Below, piece after piece: positions 9,860-21,148 of a stretch of DNA of 64,000 bases. The notes under the pieces were generated by a model. The model saw nothing but the letters and a program-made list of their open reading frames with translations. It did not search any database and was not told the origin of the DNA. The stretch covers positions 54,815-118,814 of the forward strand of contig JANYKS010000008.1 of the NCBI GenBank assembly GCA_025358125.1, read 5' to 3'. Positions within the stretch are counted from its first letter, which is position 1. Each line of letters begins with the position of its first letter. The stretch comes from Actinomycetes bacterium. Its GTDB lineage: Bacteria; Actinomycetota; Acidimicrobiia; Acidimicrobiales; Ilumatobacteraceae. A program made the position numbers and the translations under genes.

Positions 9860-10827
9860 GCCGAGAGCAGCCCGCGAAGTCGGTCGACGACGCCGTCAGC
9901 TGTGAGGCCATAGTGCCGATAGAGATGGGATGGCGGCGCGACGAGGGCGTACTGATCCTCGATGCCGAGCTTGGCTATACGGGCCGGCACCCCGAGCATC
10001 GCAACAGCCTCGGCCACCGCTGTCCCGAGCCCACCGATGACGTTGTGCTCTTCGACCACGAGGATGCGCCCCGTTTCGCGTGCCGCGATCTCGATCGCAT
10101 CGACATCAAGCGGCTTCAGATAGACGGCGTCGAGCACGCGAACGGTGACTCCGTCTCCGGCCATTCGTTCAGCGGCGCCGACCGCTGCCTGTACGCCAAT
10201 GCCGGTGGCGATGACGGTGACGTCATTTCCTTCGCGGACGCGGAGGAAGCGGCCCCGCTGCACCTCGACGTTCGACTCGTGAACGTCTGGATCATTGCCG
10301 CGGCCGAGGCGCAGGTATACAGGTCCTGGCTCGTCGAGTGTTGCCCGAACGCATGCTCTCAGGGTTGCCGCATCGCAGGGTGCCATGACGGTCATTCCGG
10401 CGATGGCCCGCGTCACGGCGATATCTTCCACGGCATGGTGCGAGGTGCCGTAGAAGCCCATCGAGATCCCAGCGTGATGGGCCAGGATTCGGACGGGCAG
10501 GTTGGGGTAGGCCATGTCGGTACGGAGGTGCTCAGCGCAGAGTAAGCTTGCGAACGCGGCAAAGGTCGACACCCATGCCTGGTGGCCGCATGCCGCCATG
10601 CCGGCGCCGATGGACATCATGTTCTGCTCGGCGATGCCGACGTTGAAGAACCGTGCGGAGTGACGCGCCTGGAAGTCGGTGAGGCGGTTCGATGTCGAAA
10701 GGTCGGCGGTGAGCACGACGATGTCGTGGCCGTCATCGACGAGGTTCGCCAGCTCCTCGCCGGCGACGAAGGCACTGAGACCGGGCAGCGAGGTGGTCAC
10801 ATTCCACGATGGTCGGGGGGCGTTCAT
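9856..10827 (-). CDS. transketolase family protein, C-terminal (pyrimidine-binding) subunit of a split transketolase
   Basis: 323 aa with FFNVGIAEQNMMSIGAGMA-type motif. ATGA overlap with the N-terminal subunit gene. Confidence 0.85.
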   Translation of the reverse strand: MNAPRPSWNVTTSLPGLSAFVAGEELANLVDDGHDIVVLTADLSTSNRLTDFQARHSARFFNVGIAEQNMMSIGAGMAACGHQAWVSTFAAFASLLCAEHLRTDMAYPNLPVRILAHHAGISMGFYGTSHHAVEDIAVTRAIAGMTVMAPCDAATLRACVRATLDEPGPVYLRLGRGNDPDVHESNVEVQRGRFLRVREGNDVTVIATGIGVQAAVGAAERMAGDGVTVRVLDAVYLKPLDVDAIEIAARETGRILVVEEHNVIGGLGTAVAEAVAMLGVPARIAKLGIEDQYALVAPPSHLYRHYGLTADGVVDRLRGLLSA

Positions 10828-11690
10828 GCGAGCCTCCCCTCGATCTCGGCGACCGCCCGTTCACGGTCCTTCGGACCGAGGTAGCCGAGATGCCAACCGG
10901 GGTCGGCTTCCATGAACGACACACCTTTGCCCTTCGTTGTCCGCGCAATCAGCACCGACGGCGTGGAGGAATCGATCGGCGGCAGACGATCCGCCCAACG
11001 GCAGAGCGCGGAAATGTCATGACCGTCGAACTCGTCCACCTTCCACCCGAAGGCTCGCCATTTGTCGACAATCGGTTCGACGCCCATTACCTCGCTCACC
11101 GGTCCATCGAGCGACGTGCCGTTGGCGTCGACGATCGCTACGAGGTTGCCGAGCCGGTAGTGAGCAGCCGCCATCGCCGCCTCCCACACCTGACCCTCGT
11201 TCAACTCGCCATCGCCGAGCAGCGCGAACACCCGATAGTCCAGGCCGCGCAGGCGTGCTGACAACGCCATGCCCGCGCCAACCGACAGGTTGTGGCCGAT
11301 CGAACCGGAGCTGAAATCGATGCCCGGCACTTTGGTCATGTCGGGATGGTCTCCGAGCGGACTTCCGAGACGGGTATACCGACGGAGCCATTCCTGGGGA
11401 AGCATCCCGAGATCGGCGAGGCATGGGTAGACCCCGATTGCCACGTGACCCTTTCCCAGAACGAACCGATCTCGATCCTGCCACGACGGGTCGGACGGTT
11501 TGAGTCGGAGAGCGTGGTAATACAGCATTGCGAGGATTTCGGCACATGAGAAGGTGCTGGCGTAGTGACCGCTTCCGGCGATCTCGGTGAGTTCGATGGT
11601 CTGCAGCCGGATCCAATCGGCGCGGCGCTTCAACTCGGCGATCGACCTCGATCGGCCACGTGGCAGATCAACCAGAGTGGGGTTTGACAT
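10824..11690 (-). CDS. transketolase N-terminal (TPP-binding) subunit
   Basis: GSGHYASTFS and GDGELNEGQVWEA TPP-binding motifs. Start placed at ATG 11690 (MSNPTLVDLP). Confidence 0.85.
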   Translation of the reverse strand: MSNPTLVDLPRGRSRSIAELKRRADWIRLQTIELTEIAGSGHYASTFSCAEILAMLYYHALRLKPSDPSWQDRDRFVLGKGHVAIGVYPCLADLGMLPQEWLRRYTRLGSPLGDHPDMTKVPGIDFSSGSIGHNLSVGAGMALSARLRGLDYRVFALLGDGELNEGQVWEAAMAAAHYRLGNLVAIVDANGTSLDGPVSEVMGVEPIVDKWRAFGWKVDEFDGHDISALCRWADRLPPIDSSTPSVLIARTTKGKGVSFMEADPGWHLGYLGPKDRERAVAEIEGRLA

Positions 11691-11775
11691 GTCCACATCG
11701 TCGCGTCTGTTCGGGGCGTTGGTACGTCTCACTTTGGGTCAGCGCGGGACACGTCCGCGCCGTTAGGGTCGAACC

Positions 11776-12834
11776 GTGCGAGCCCTTCGATACCACGGTC
11801 GAGGTGATGTTCGGCTCGAGGAGCTGGCCGAACCCAGTCCAGGCCCGGGTGAGGTGCTCATCAAGGTCGCGTACAACGGGCTGTGTGGGAGCGACGTCCA
11901 CGAGTTCTACGAGGGACCGGTCGCGGCGACGATCGATCCACATCCGCTGACCGGATGCTCGGTGCCGTGCGTTCTCGGCCATGAGTTCTCGGGAACAGTG
12001 GTCGAGGTTGGTGCTGGCCTCGACGATCTCGCGATCGGTTCGGTGGTCGCCGTTGAACCGATCGAAACATGCGGAGTGTGTCCGCGTTGTGCCGCCGGTC
12101 GACGGCATCTCTGTCGGCGGATCGCCTTCCATGGCTACAACCGCGAAGGCGGCGGCCTGTCGGAACTGACGGTCGTTCGCCGTGACATGGTTCATGTTCT
12201 GCCCGCTGAGCTATCGGCCGTTCATGGGGCGCTCGTCGAGCCAATGGCCGTTGCCCGGCGAGCCGTCCGCCGCACCCGGGTCGAACGTGGCGACCTCGTC
12301 GTCGTCCACGGTGCTGGGCCGATCGGGCTCGGGGCGATTCTTGCCTTACGGGCGGATGGCGTCGAGGTAGTCGCCGTTGACCCGTCCTCCGAGCGAAGAT
12401 CAGCCGCCAGAGCGCTTGGCGCACGTGAGGCCGTAGATCCGTCCGATACGGACATCGTGTCGATGGTGCGCGACCTGACCGATGGTATCGGAGCAGCTGG
12501 CGCGATCGACGCCGCTGGCGCCTCCGCTGCTTTTGCAGCAGCCGTGCGAAGCACCCGGCCTGACGGCACCGTCGTCGTTGTGGCACATCACCACGAGCCC
12601 TTGCCATTGCGGTCTGGCTCGCTGATCTTTGGCGAGGTAACCGTCACTGGAAGTTCGATTTACGACACAAACGACTTCGCGTGGGTCATCAAAGCCATGC
12701 AGAGCGGCGCGTATCCGCTCGATGGTTGGATCACCACCATCGAACTCGACCGTGTCGTCGAGGACGGGTTCGAGCCGCTGCGTGCTCATAGCGTGAACAA
12801 AGTGCTCGTGCGCCTCGATCAACGCACGGCATGA
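11776..12834 (+). CDS. zinc-dependent alcohol dehydrogenase (MDR family, butanediol/sorbitol dehydrogenase-like)
   Basis: NGLCGSDVHEFYEGP, GHEFSG and the GAGPIGLG Rossmann motif. GTG start at 11776, divergent from the transketolase operon. Confidence 0.85.
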   Translation: MRALRYHGRGDVRLEELAEPSPGPGEVLIKVAYNGLCGSDVHEFYEGPVAATIDPHPLTGCSVPCVLGHEFSGTVVEVGAGLDDLAIGSVVAVEPIETCGVCPRCAAGRRHLCRRIAFHGYNREGGGLSELTVVRRDMVHVLPAELSAVHGALVEPMAVARRAVRRTRVERGDLVVVHGAGPIGLGAILALRADGVEVVAVDPSSERRSAARALGAREAVDPSDTDIVSMVRDLTDGIGAAGAIDAAGASAAFAAAVRSTRPDGTVVVVAHHHEPLPLRSGSLIFGEVTVTGSSIYDTNDFAWVIKAMQSGAYPLDGWITTIELDRVVEDGFEPLRAHSVNKVLVRLDQRTA

Positions 12835-13032
12835 ATCGGCATGAATCCCAAGAACAACGAAGCGGACCGGCGTGCCTTCATCGCGGCATGACGGCGTCAG
12901 CGTGCCATTTCCCCCGCCGAGAGCGCCAGAGTGCTGCCGCCGGTCCTCCGGCACCGTGAATGCTTGTGTGGTGCCTGCCGGCCGTATGGTCACGTCGACC
13001 TGACCAGGGTGCCGCTGTACCATCGGCAATGA

Positions 13033-13737
13033 ATGGACAACTACGAGCTCTTCGATATTGCTCGGACTGCGACGGCCGATGAGGTGCGAGACGCGTACGT
13101 GCGACTCGTCAAGCGTGTTCATCCCGACAGCGGCGGTAGCGCGGCGCTGTTCCGGCAGGTGGAGGAGGCGTACAGGGTTCTGTCCGATCCAGCGGCGAGG
13201 CAGCGTTACGACCGCGAGCGCGCTGTTCGGGGCCAGACCCGCGCGCCGCACAACCCGATGCCGACAGCGCAGGATATCGCTGAAGCAGTGTTGAAGGGAG
13301 GCACGAAGTGGGTCGAGGATGTGGCCGGCAAACGCGCCGGGCGCCGCAACGAGGAGCTACGACGACTGCAGGCGATTTGGCCGAAGACACTCGGCCTCGA
13401 CTTCCTGCGCGTGGATTTGAAGAGCTGGCTGCCGACCCTGATGTCGGCCGTTCCCGGCGAGACGCGATGCACGGCATCGTGGGCGCGCAAGGAAGTCGTC
13501 GAAGCACCGATGTCGTTGGTGGCGTTACGCGTGGATCCCGGCTCGCCGCCTCGGCGGCTGATATGGCGAATCGAACGAACCGAACAGGAATGGGTTTCGT
13601 GGCGGGCCGCCTCGGCCGACGGCAGCGAGGTCCAGTTGAGGATGCACCTGGAAGCATCCCCGGGATGCCGGCCAAGGTGGGGGCGCAGGCGGTTGCCGCC
13701 AGGGACGCACCTCATCGTCGACAACTGGATCGCCTAG
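13033..13737 (+). CDS. J-domain (DnaJ-like) protein with uncharacterised C-terminal region
   Basis: N-terminal ~65 aa J domain with an HPD tripeptide (VKRVHPDSGG ... AYRVLSDPAARQRYD). The remaining ~170 aa have no motif I recognise. Confidence 0.7.
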   Translation: MDNYELFDIARTATADEVRDAYVRLVKRVHPDSGGSAALFRQVEEAYRVLSDPAARQRYDRERAVRGQTRAPHNPMPTAQDIAEAVLKGGTKWVEDVAGKRAGRRNEELRRLQAIWPKTLGLDFLRVDLKSWLPTLMSAVPGETRCTASWARKEVVEAPMSLVALRVDPGSPPRRLIWRIERTEQEWVSWRAASADGSEVQLRMHLEASPGCRPRWGRRRLPPGTHLIVDNWIA

Positions 13738-13889
13738 CGCGCCCTCGTCCGCCGGTCACGCATTCGCCTCGGCCTGTTCAAGCCGACTCGCTCTTCGGCC
13801 TACGGCCGTCGTTCATAAACGTCCGCCGTCGCCTCAGACGGTGGTCAGCACAGCAGCGCCCTTCGGCGTCGGGCTCGTACAGTGGGCGG

Positions 13890-14858
13890 ATGAAGTACAC
13901 CAAGCTCGGTTCTACTGGTCTCGACGTGTCCACGGTCTGCCTCGGCTGCATGAGCTATGGCGTCCCCGGCCGTGGCAGCCACGAATGGACCCTCGACGAA
14001 GAGGCCAGCCGGGCGTTCATCCAGCGCGCCGTCGAGCAGGGCATCAACTTCTTCGACACCGCCAACGTGTACTCCGATGGAACGAGCGAGGAGATCGTCG
14101 GGCGGGCGTTGACCGATTTCGCCAAGCGTGACGAGATCGTTTTGGCCACCAAAGTGCATGGCTCGATGCGCAAGGGTCCCAACGGTTCCGGGCTGTCGCG
14201 TAAGGCGATCATGGCCGAGATCGACAACAGCCTGCGCCGGCTCGGCACCGACTACGTCGACCTTTATCAGATTCACCGGTGGGATAAGCGGGTGCCGATC
14301 GAAGAGACGATGGAGGCGTTGCACGATGTCGTCAAGGCCGGCAAGGCGCTGTACGTCGGTGCATCGTCGATGTATGCGTGGCAGTTCTCCAAGGCCCAGC
14401 ACCTGGCGGAGCGCAATGGCTGGACCAAGTTCGTCACGATGCAGAACCACTACAACCTGTTGTACCGCGAGGAAGAGCGGGAGATGCTGCCGCTGTGTGC
14501 GGATCAGGGTGTTGGCGTCATCCCGTGGAGTCCGTTGGCCCGTGGTCGACTGACCCGCGTCGACGGCTCGACGATGCGCAGTGAGACCGACGAGTTCGGC
14601 AAGACCCTGTACGGATCGGCCGACGAGGCGATCATCGGTCGGGTCGCCGAGATCGCGGAGCGTCGTGGAGTGCCAATGGCGCAGGTCGCGCTCGCCTGGG
14701 TCGCCGGCCATCCGACCGTGTCGGCGCCGATCGTCGGAGCGACCAAGCCCCACCATCTCGACGACGCGATCGCGTCGATCGACCTCATGCTGACGGCCGA
14801 CGAAAAGCACGCCTTGGAGGAGCCGTATACACCGCAGCCGATCTCCGGTTTTGCCTGA
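13890..14858 (+). CDS. aldo/keto reductase
   Basis: MKYTKLGSTGLDVSTVCLGCMSYG, DTANVYSDGTSEEIVG and LYQIHRWD are typical AKR motifs. ATG 13890 chosen inside the longer track ORF 13308..14858. Confidence 0.85.
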   Translation: MKYTKLGSTGLDVSTVCLGCMSYGVPGRGSHEWTLDEEASRAFIQRAVEQGINFFDTANVYSDGTSEEIVGRALTDFAKRDEIVLATKVHGSMRKGPNGSGLSRKAIMAEIDNSLRRLGTDYVDLYQIHRWDKRVPIEETMEALHDVVKAGKALYVGASSMYAWQFSKAQHLAERNGWTKFVTMQNHYNLLYREEEREMLPLCADQGVGVIPWSPLARGRLTRVDGSTMRSETDEFGKTLYGSADEAIIGRVAEIAERRGVPMAQVALAWVAGHPTVSAPIVGATKPHHLDDAIASIDLMLTADEKHALEEPYTPQPISGFA

Positions 14859-15167
14859 TCCACATGACGCCGCCTCGTCGGCTCGATTCCGGTCCGCGTC
14901 ATCGCCACGTGCTGTCTTTGGCGCAACGAACCGCGACCCCGAGGGTCGCGCTGCTCGCAAGTGGTGAGCAATCACTCGCACCGCGAAATCCGGCGCGCGA
15001 GACTCTGTGGCCGATTGTCGAGCACGTCGGGTCGGCCGCTCATGGGGACAACGAACGATGGTACGTTGGTTTGCTGGCAGTCGGTCGTTCCGCGGAGCGT
15101 GCCGCTGCATCAAGAATGTTGTCCAACCATCCCGTCGGCCGCCGCCGCATCGTCAACAGGAGCCATC

Positions 15168-16094
15168 ATGGCACTGCCTCAACACCTTCAACAGCTTGCC
15201 TCAAAGGTGTCCAACTGGGGCCGCTGGGGGGACGATGACCGTCGTGGCACGCTCAATCTGATCGATGTCGCGGCAGTGCAGCGCGGTGTCGCTGCGGCAC
15301 GTCAGGGCCGGGTCTTTTCGCTGGCGATCCCGTTCGACGAAGATGGGCCACAGACCGGGGTGATTCCCGGGCGAGAGAACCCATCCCGTTCGATGATCAT
15401 GGTGAACGTGTCGTTCACCGGCGACCCGTCAGATTTCTGCACCAGTGACGACGCTCTGACCATGGGCGTCCAGGCGGCAACCCATTGGGATGCTCTCGCC
15501 CACGCCTGCTACGACGGCAAACTCTTCAACGGTGTCTCGGCCGACACCACCGACGAAGCGGGTGCTCATCAATTCGGGATCGAGCGCTTCGGGCCGGTCG
15601 TCAGCCGTGGTGTCCTGCTCGATGTCGCGAGGGCGCTCGGCGTCGACTACTTCGAAGACGGCCATCCGATCACCGGAGCCGACCTCGACGCCGCAGCCGC
15701 GCTCGCGGGGATCACAGTTCTGCCCGGTGACATCGTCTGTGTGCGTACCGGGCAAATGCACTGGTTGCGTCAGGGTGACAAGGGCCGTTTCAATCAGCCG
15801 AGCCCGGGAATGTCGACCCAATCCATCGAATGGGTACGCGATCACGACGTCGCGGCAGTGGCCACCGACACCCTGGTTTTCGAGTGTTGGCCGTGCGAGG
15901 ACCCGGCGGTTTTGCTACCCGTGCACATGATCCACCTCCGCGACATCGGACTCGTGCAGGGTCAGAACTGGGCGCTCGACGAACTTGCCGCGGACTGCGC
16001 CGCGGACGGCCAGTACGACTTCTTGCTCAGCGCCTCGCCATTGCCACTCACACGAGCCGTCGGCGGGCCCGTCGCGCCAACGGCCGTGAAATAG
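15168..16094 (+). CDS. putative cyclase family protein (kynurenine formamidase-like fold)
   Basis: N-terminus NWGRWGDDDRRGTLN and a length of ~308 aa are typical of the cyclase family. AGGAG lies 6 nt before ATG 15168. Confidence 0.7.
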   Translation: MALPQHLQQLASKVSNWGRWGDDDRRGTLNLIDVAAVQRGVAAARQGRVFSLAIPFDEDGPQTGVIPGRENPSRSMIMVNVSFTGDPSDFCTSDDALTMGVQAATHWDALAHACYDGKLFNGVSADTTDEAGAHQFGIERFGPVVSRGVLLDVARALGVDYFEDGHPITGADLDAAAALAGITVLPGDIVCVRTGQMHWLRQGDKGRFNQPSPGMSTQSIEWVRDHDVAAVATDTLVFECWPCEDPAVLLPVHMIHLRDIGLVQGQNWALDELAADCAADGQYDFLLSASPLPLTRAVGGPVAPTAVK

Positions 16095-16112
16095 AGCTGA
16101 AGATGAGGACTT

Positions 16113-16544
16113 TCACCACGGCGTGATCGTCCCCCGGTGCGCGGACCGCGCCGTCGCGTTGATCAGCCGGTCCGAGAGCGGACCCGGTCGCCCGAACCGG
16201 TGCTCGTCGATCAAGACCCGTTCGAACCAGTCCGGATCGAACGAGCCCCGTTCGAACGAGTCAGGGTCGAACGAGTCAGGGTCGAACGGGGCATCGTCAG
16301 ACGCAGCTCGACGAATGCCGTTGGCATCAATGGGGGTCCGCACCTGGACGTCGCTGCCGGACACGACGCGCCAACACTGCTGGGTGAGCCGAAAGAGCGT
16401 CTGGAGGCATTCGGTCTGTGTCGATCCGAGATCGCGCAGCGACGGGATCGCAAGGATTCCCGGCTTGAACTCGTTGACGGCCGCAACGATGTCGTCGGCG
16501 TTGTGCTGAGTGTCGGTCAGCACAACGATGGACCTTCGTCCCAT
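16113..16544 (-). CDS. hypothetical protein with pentapeptide F-[DE]-[PR]-[DG]-x repeats; weak resolvase-N-terminal-like pattern
   Basis: ATG 16544 is preceded by GAGGCGG. IVVLTDTQHN...SLRDLGSTQTECLQTLFRL...VRTPIDANG loosely recalls a serine-recombinase catalytic domain without the Ser. Contains a 15-bp x5 repeat. Confidence 0.4.
   Translation of the reverse strand: MGRRSIVVLTDTQHNADDIVAAVNEFKPGILAIPSLRDLGSTQTECLQTLFRLTQQCWRVVSGSDVQVRTPIDANGIRRAASDDAPFDPDSFDPDSFERGSFDPDWFERVLIDEHRFGRPGPLSDRLINATARSAHRGTITPW
16222..16296. repeat. 15-bp tandem repeat, about 5 units (tcgaac every 15 bp)
   Basis: tcgaac recurs at 16222, 16237, 16252, 16267 and 16282; two units are identical (gaacgagtcagggtc). 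On the minus strand it encodes FDPDSFDPDSFERGSFDPDWFERV. Confidence 0.8.
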
Positions 16545-16921
16545 CCGCTGCCGCCTCGGGCGAGCGCGTCGAGGCACGCCTCGATCGAGTACCCGATGTC
16601 ATGCTCGGACTGGCGGACCACGATCAGCGAGCCGACCGGACGGAGGTCGCGCCAATCGATCGACCGGTGGTGGCGGTGGGTGCCAGCACGTCGGCTACAG
16701 CCGCACGCGTAGCAACGCACGCGTTGTTCGCTGCGCTGTGATCGACTCGTGAAAGCGAGTTCGTTCCGGCACAGATAGCAGCGCACGTCTGCTGGCAATG
16801 GTGACGCGTGCCGGTTCAATCCTGTGGCCGGCAGCCCGACCAGTTCGGCGATGTCGCCGACCGTGAGGTCGGTGTTCCAGTACAGACGGTCGAGTTCGGC
16901 GTCAACGGAAGATTCGGACAT
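16517..16921 (-). CDS. hypothetical HTH plus CxxC-x17-CxxC zinc-ribbon protein
   Basis: ATG 16921 (MSESSVDAELDRLYW). LTVGDIAELVGLPATGL is an HTH-like stretch. CYLC...CYAC forms the zinc ribbon. The 3' end overlaps the next ORF by 28 nt. Confidence 0.45.
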   Translation of the reverse strand: MSESSVDAELDRLYWNTDLTVGDIAELVGLPATGLNRHASPLPADVRCYLCRNELAFTSRSQRSEQRVRCYACGCSRRAGTHRHHRSIDWRDLRPVGSLIVVRQSEHDIGYSIEACLDALARGGSGWDEGPSLC

Positions 16922-17082
16922 GGCACGCTCCGCGGATCGGTGGGATTCCGGGGAGCCACATGGCCGACTCCGATGCCTGCTCGCTACGGTACCCGAGGGG
17001 TGTCGCAAACGCGCCGCCATAGGGCGCGCCGAATGAAATGAGAATATCGCGCACGAGCGGCGCTGACGTGGTGGACTAGTGA

Positions 17083-18330
<1,248 letters not shown>

Positions 18331-18333
18331 GCG

Positions 18334-19347
18334 ATGCCATCGATGCCGATGAACGTGGCGCTGCGCTCGGCGATGGACGTCATGCTGGGCCGCGACGAGA
18401 ACGTGGTCGCGTTCGGCGAGGACGTCGGCTATTTCGGTGGAGTGTTCCGTGCAACCGAAGGGTTGCAGGCCAAGTACGGCAGCCACCGCGTGTTCGACAC
18501 GCCGATCGCCGAGGGGGGCATCATCGGCGCAGCGGTAGGCATGTGTGCGTACGGCTTGCGTCCCGTCGTTGAGATCCAGTTCGCCGATTACGTCTATCCA
18601 GGTCTCGATCAATTGATTTCCGAGGCAGCGCGGCTGCGCTACCGCTCGAGTGCGGAATTCACGGCTCCGCTGACGGTGCGGATGCCGTGTGGCGGTGGGA
18701 TCCACGGCGGTCAGACCCACAGCCAGAGCCCTGAGAGCCTGTTCACCCACGTATGCGGTTTGAAGACTGTGATGCCGTCGAATCCCTACGACGCCAAGGG
18801 TCTGCTGATCGCGGCGATCGAGGACAACGACCCCGTGATCTTCCTCGAACCGAAGCGGATCTACAACGGACCGTTCGACGGTCATTACGACCGACCGATC
18901 GTGCCGTGGTCCAGCCATCCGCTCGGCGAGGTGCCCGACGGCTACTACCGCGTCCCATTGGGCAGCGCCGCGGTTCGACGGGCCGGCGAGGACCTCACCG
19001 TGCTCACGTACGGGACCATGGTGCATGTAACCGAGGCTGCAGTCGCCGAGACCGGCGTCGATGCCGAGATCATCGACCTGCGCACGCTGTTGCCATTGGA
19101 CACCGACACCATCGAGGCGTCGGTGAAGAAGACGGGCCGGTGCGTGATCGTGCACGAGGCCACCCGCACGAGCGGATTCGGCGCCGAGCTGGCGGCATCG
19201 GTGCAGGAGAGCTGTTTCTACCAGCTCGAGGCGCCGATCGAACGGGTCACCGGCTGGGACACGCCATACCCGCACGCCCAGGAATGGGACTACTTTCCTG
19301 GCCCGGCCCGCGTCGGCGCGGCCTTCACACGGGTGATGGAGGCCTGA
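18334..19347 (+). CDS. 2-oxoacid dehydrogenase E1 component, beta subunit
   Basis: 337 aa with typical FGEDVGYFGGVFRATEGL and FDTPIAEGGIIGAAVG. GGAGGG lies before ATG 18334. Confidence 0.9.
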   Translation: MPSMPMNVALRSAMDVMLGRDENVVAFGEDVGYFGGVFRATEGLQAKYGSHRVFDTPIAEGGIIGAAVGMCAYGLRPVVEIQFADYVYPGLDQLISEAARLRYRSSAEFTAPLTVRMPCGGGIHGGQTHSQSPESLFTHVCGLKTVMPSNPYDAKGLLIAAIEDNDPVIFLEPKRIYNGPFDGHYDRPIVPWSSHPLGEVPDGYYRVPLGSAAVRRAGEDLTVLTYGTMVHVTEAAVAETGVDAEIIDLRTLLPLDTDTIEASVKKTGRCVIVHEATRTSGFGAELAASVQESCFYQLEAPIERVTGWDTPYPHAQEWDYFPGPARVGAAFTRVMEA

Positions 19348-19348
19348 G

Positions 19349-20761
<1,413 letters not shown>

Positions 20762-21014
20762 CAGTGAGACCCGCGTGAGGCCCTCGCCGGAACGCACCGC
20801 ATCGACGTGGTCCAGCGAGGCCATCTGTCGGCAAAGGTCGCTTCACCCGCCGGAGCTATTGGCCGCCCGCGAAGAGCGACCTCTCTGCCGGCCCATCGTT
20901 ACCCCGTGCGGTAGGCGGCATCGGTTCGCTGGCGTTGTTCTGCTGACTTCGGCTGGGAACGGATTCAGGGCCGAGAGCGATGACCGGCGGGCCTGCCAGA
21001 GTCACAATGTCGAC

Positions 21015-21131
21015 TGCCCGTCTGATCCCGCGTCCTGGCGACGATCACGCAGGCAGACTGACCAGGGCAAGAATCGGCTGACTCACTGCCCGTCTGATCC
21101 CGCGTCCTGACCGTGATCACACGGGCAGACG
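21015..21131 (+). repeat. two direct copies (72-bp offset) of a 45-nt hairpin-forming element; candidate structured RNA
   Basis: ctgcccgtctgatcccgcgtcctg occurs identically at 21015-21038 and 21087-21110. Each copy is followed by gatcacNNNggcagac, which pairs back: 12/14 bp for copy 1 (including one GU wobble) and 13/14 bp for copy 2. Confidence 0.6.
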
Positions 21132-21148
21132 CGAAGCCGGGCCGGACG

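Noticed and set aside
12400-13251. 283-aa minus-strand ORF bridging the ADH 3' end and the J-domain gene 5' end
   Set aside because: It overlaps two well-supported plus-strand genes in antisense and has no recognisable motif. The intergenic part alone (12835-13032) is too short to support a gene.
14932-14950. Hairpin cgcgaccc-cga-gggtcgcg about 75 nt downstream of the AKR gene, as a terminator
   Set aside because: The stem is only 8 bp, there is no U-tract, and it is fairly far from the stop codon. GC-rich 8-bp inverted repeats are expected by chance at this GC content, so I did not list it as a feature.
13845-15113. 422-aa minus-strand ORF
   Set aside because: It is antisense to the aldo/keto reductase gene, which has canonical AKR motifs.
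20775-21110. 111-aa plus-strand ORF and 301-aa minus-strand ORF (20965..21870) in the E2-LPXTG gap
   Set aside because: Neither has an SD, coding-like composition or motifs. The repeated peptide (RTRDQTGS / CPSDPAS) is just the translation of the duplicated hairpin element. The minus ORF also runs antisense into the LPXTG gene.
21015-21131. Possibility that the duplicated element is a minimal CRISPR array
   Set aside because: There are only two copies, 72 nt apart, and the unit itself is a long hairpin with a 15-nt loop. There are no cas genes in the window and no third repeat.
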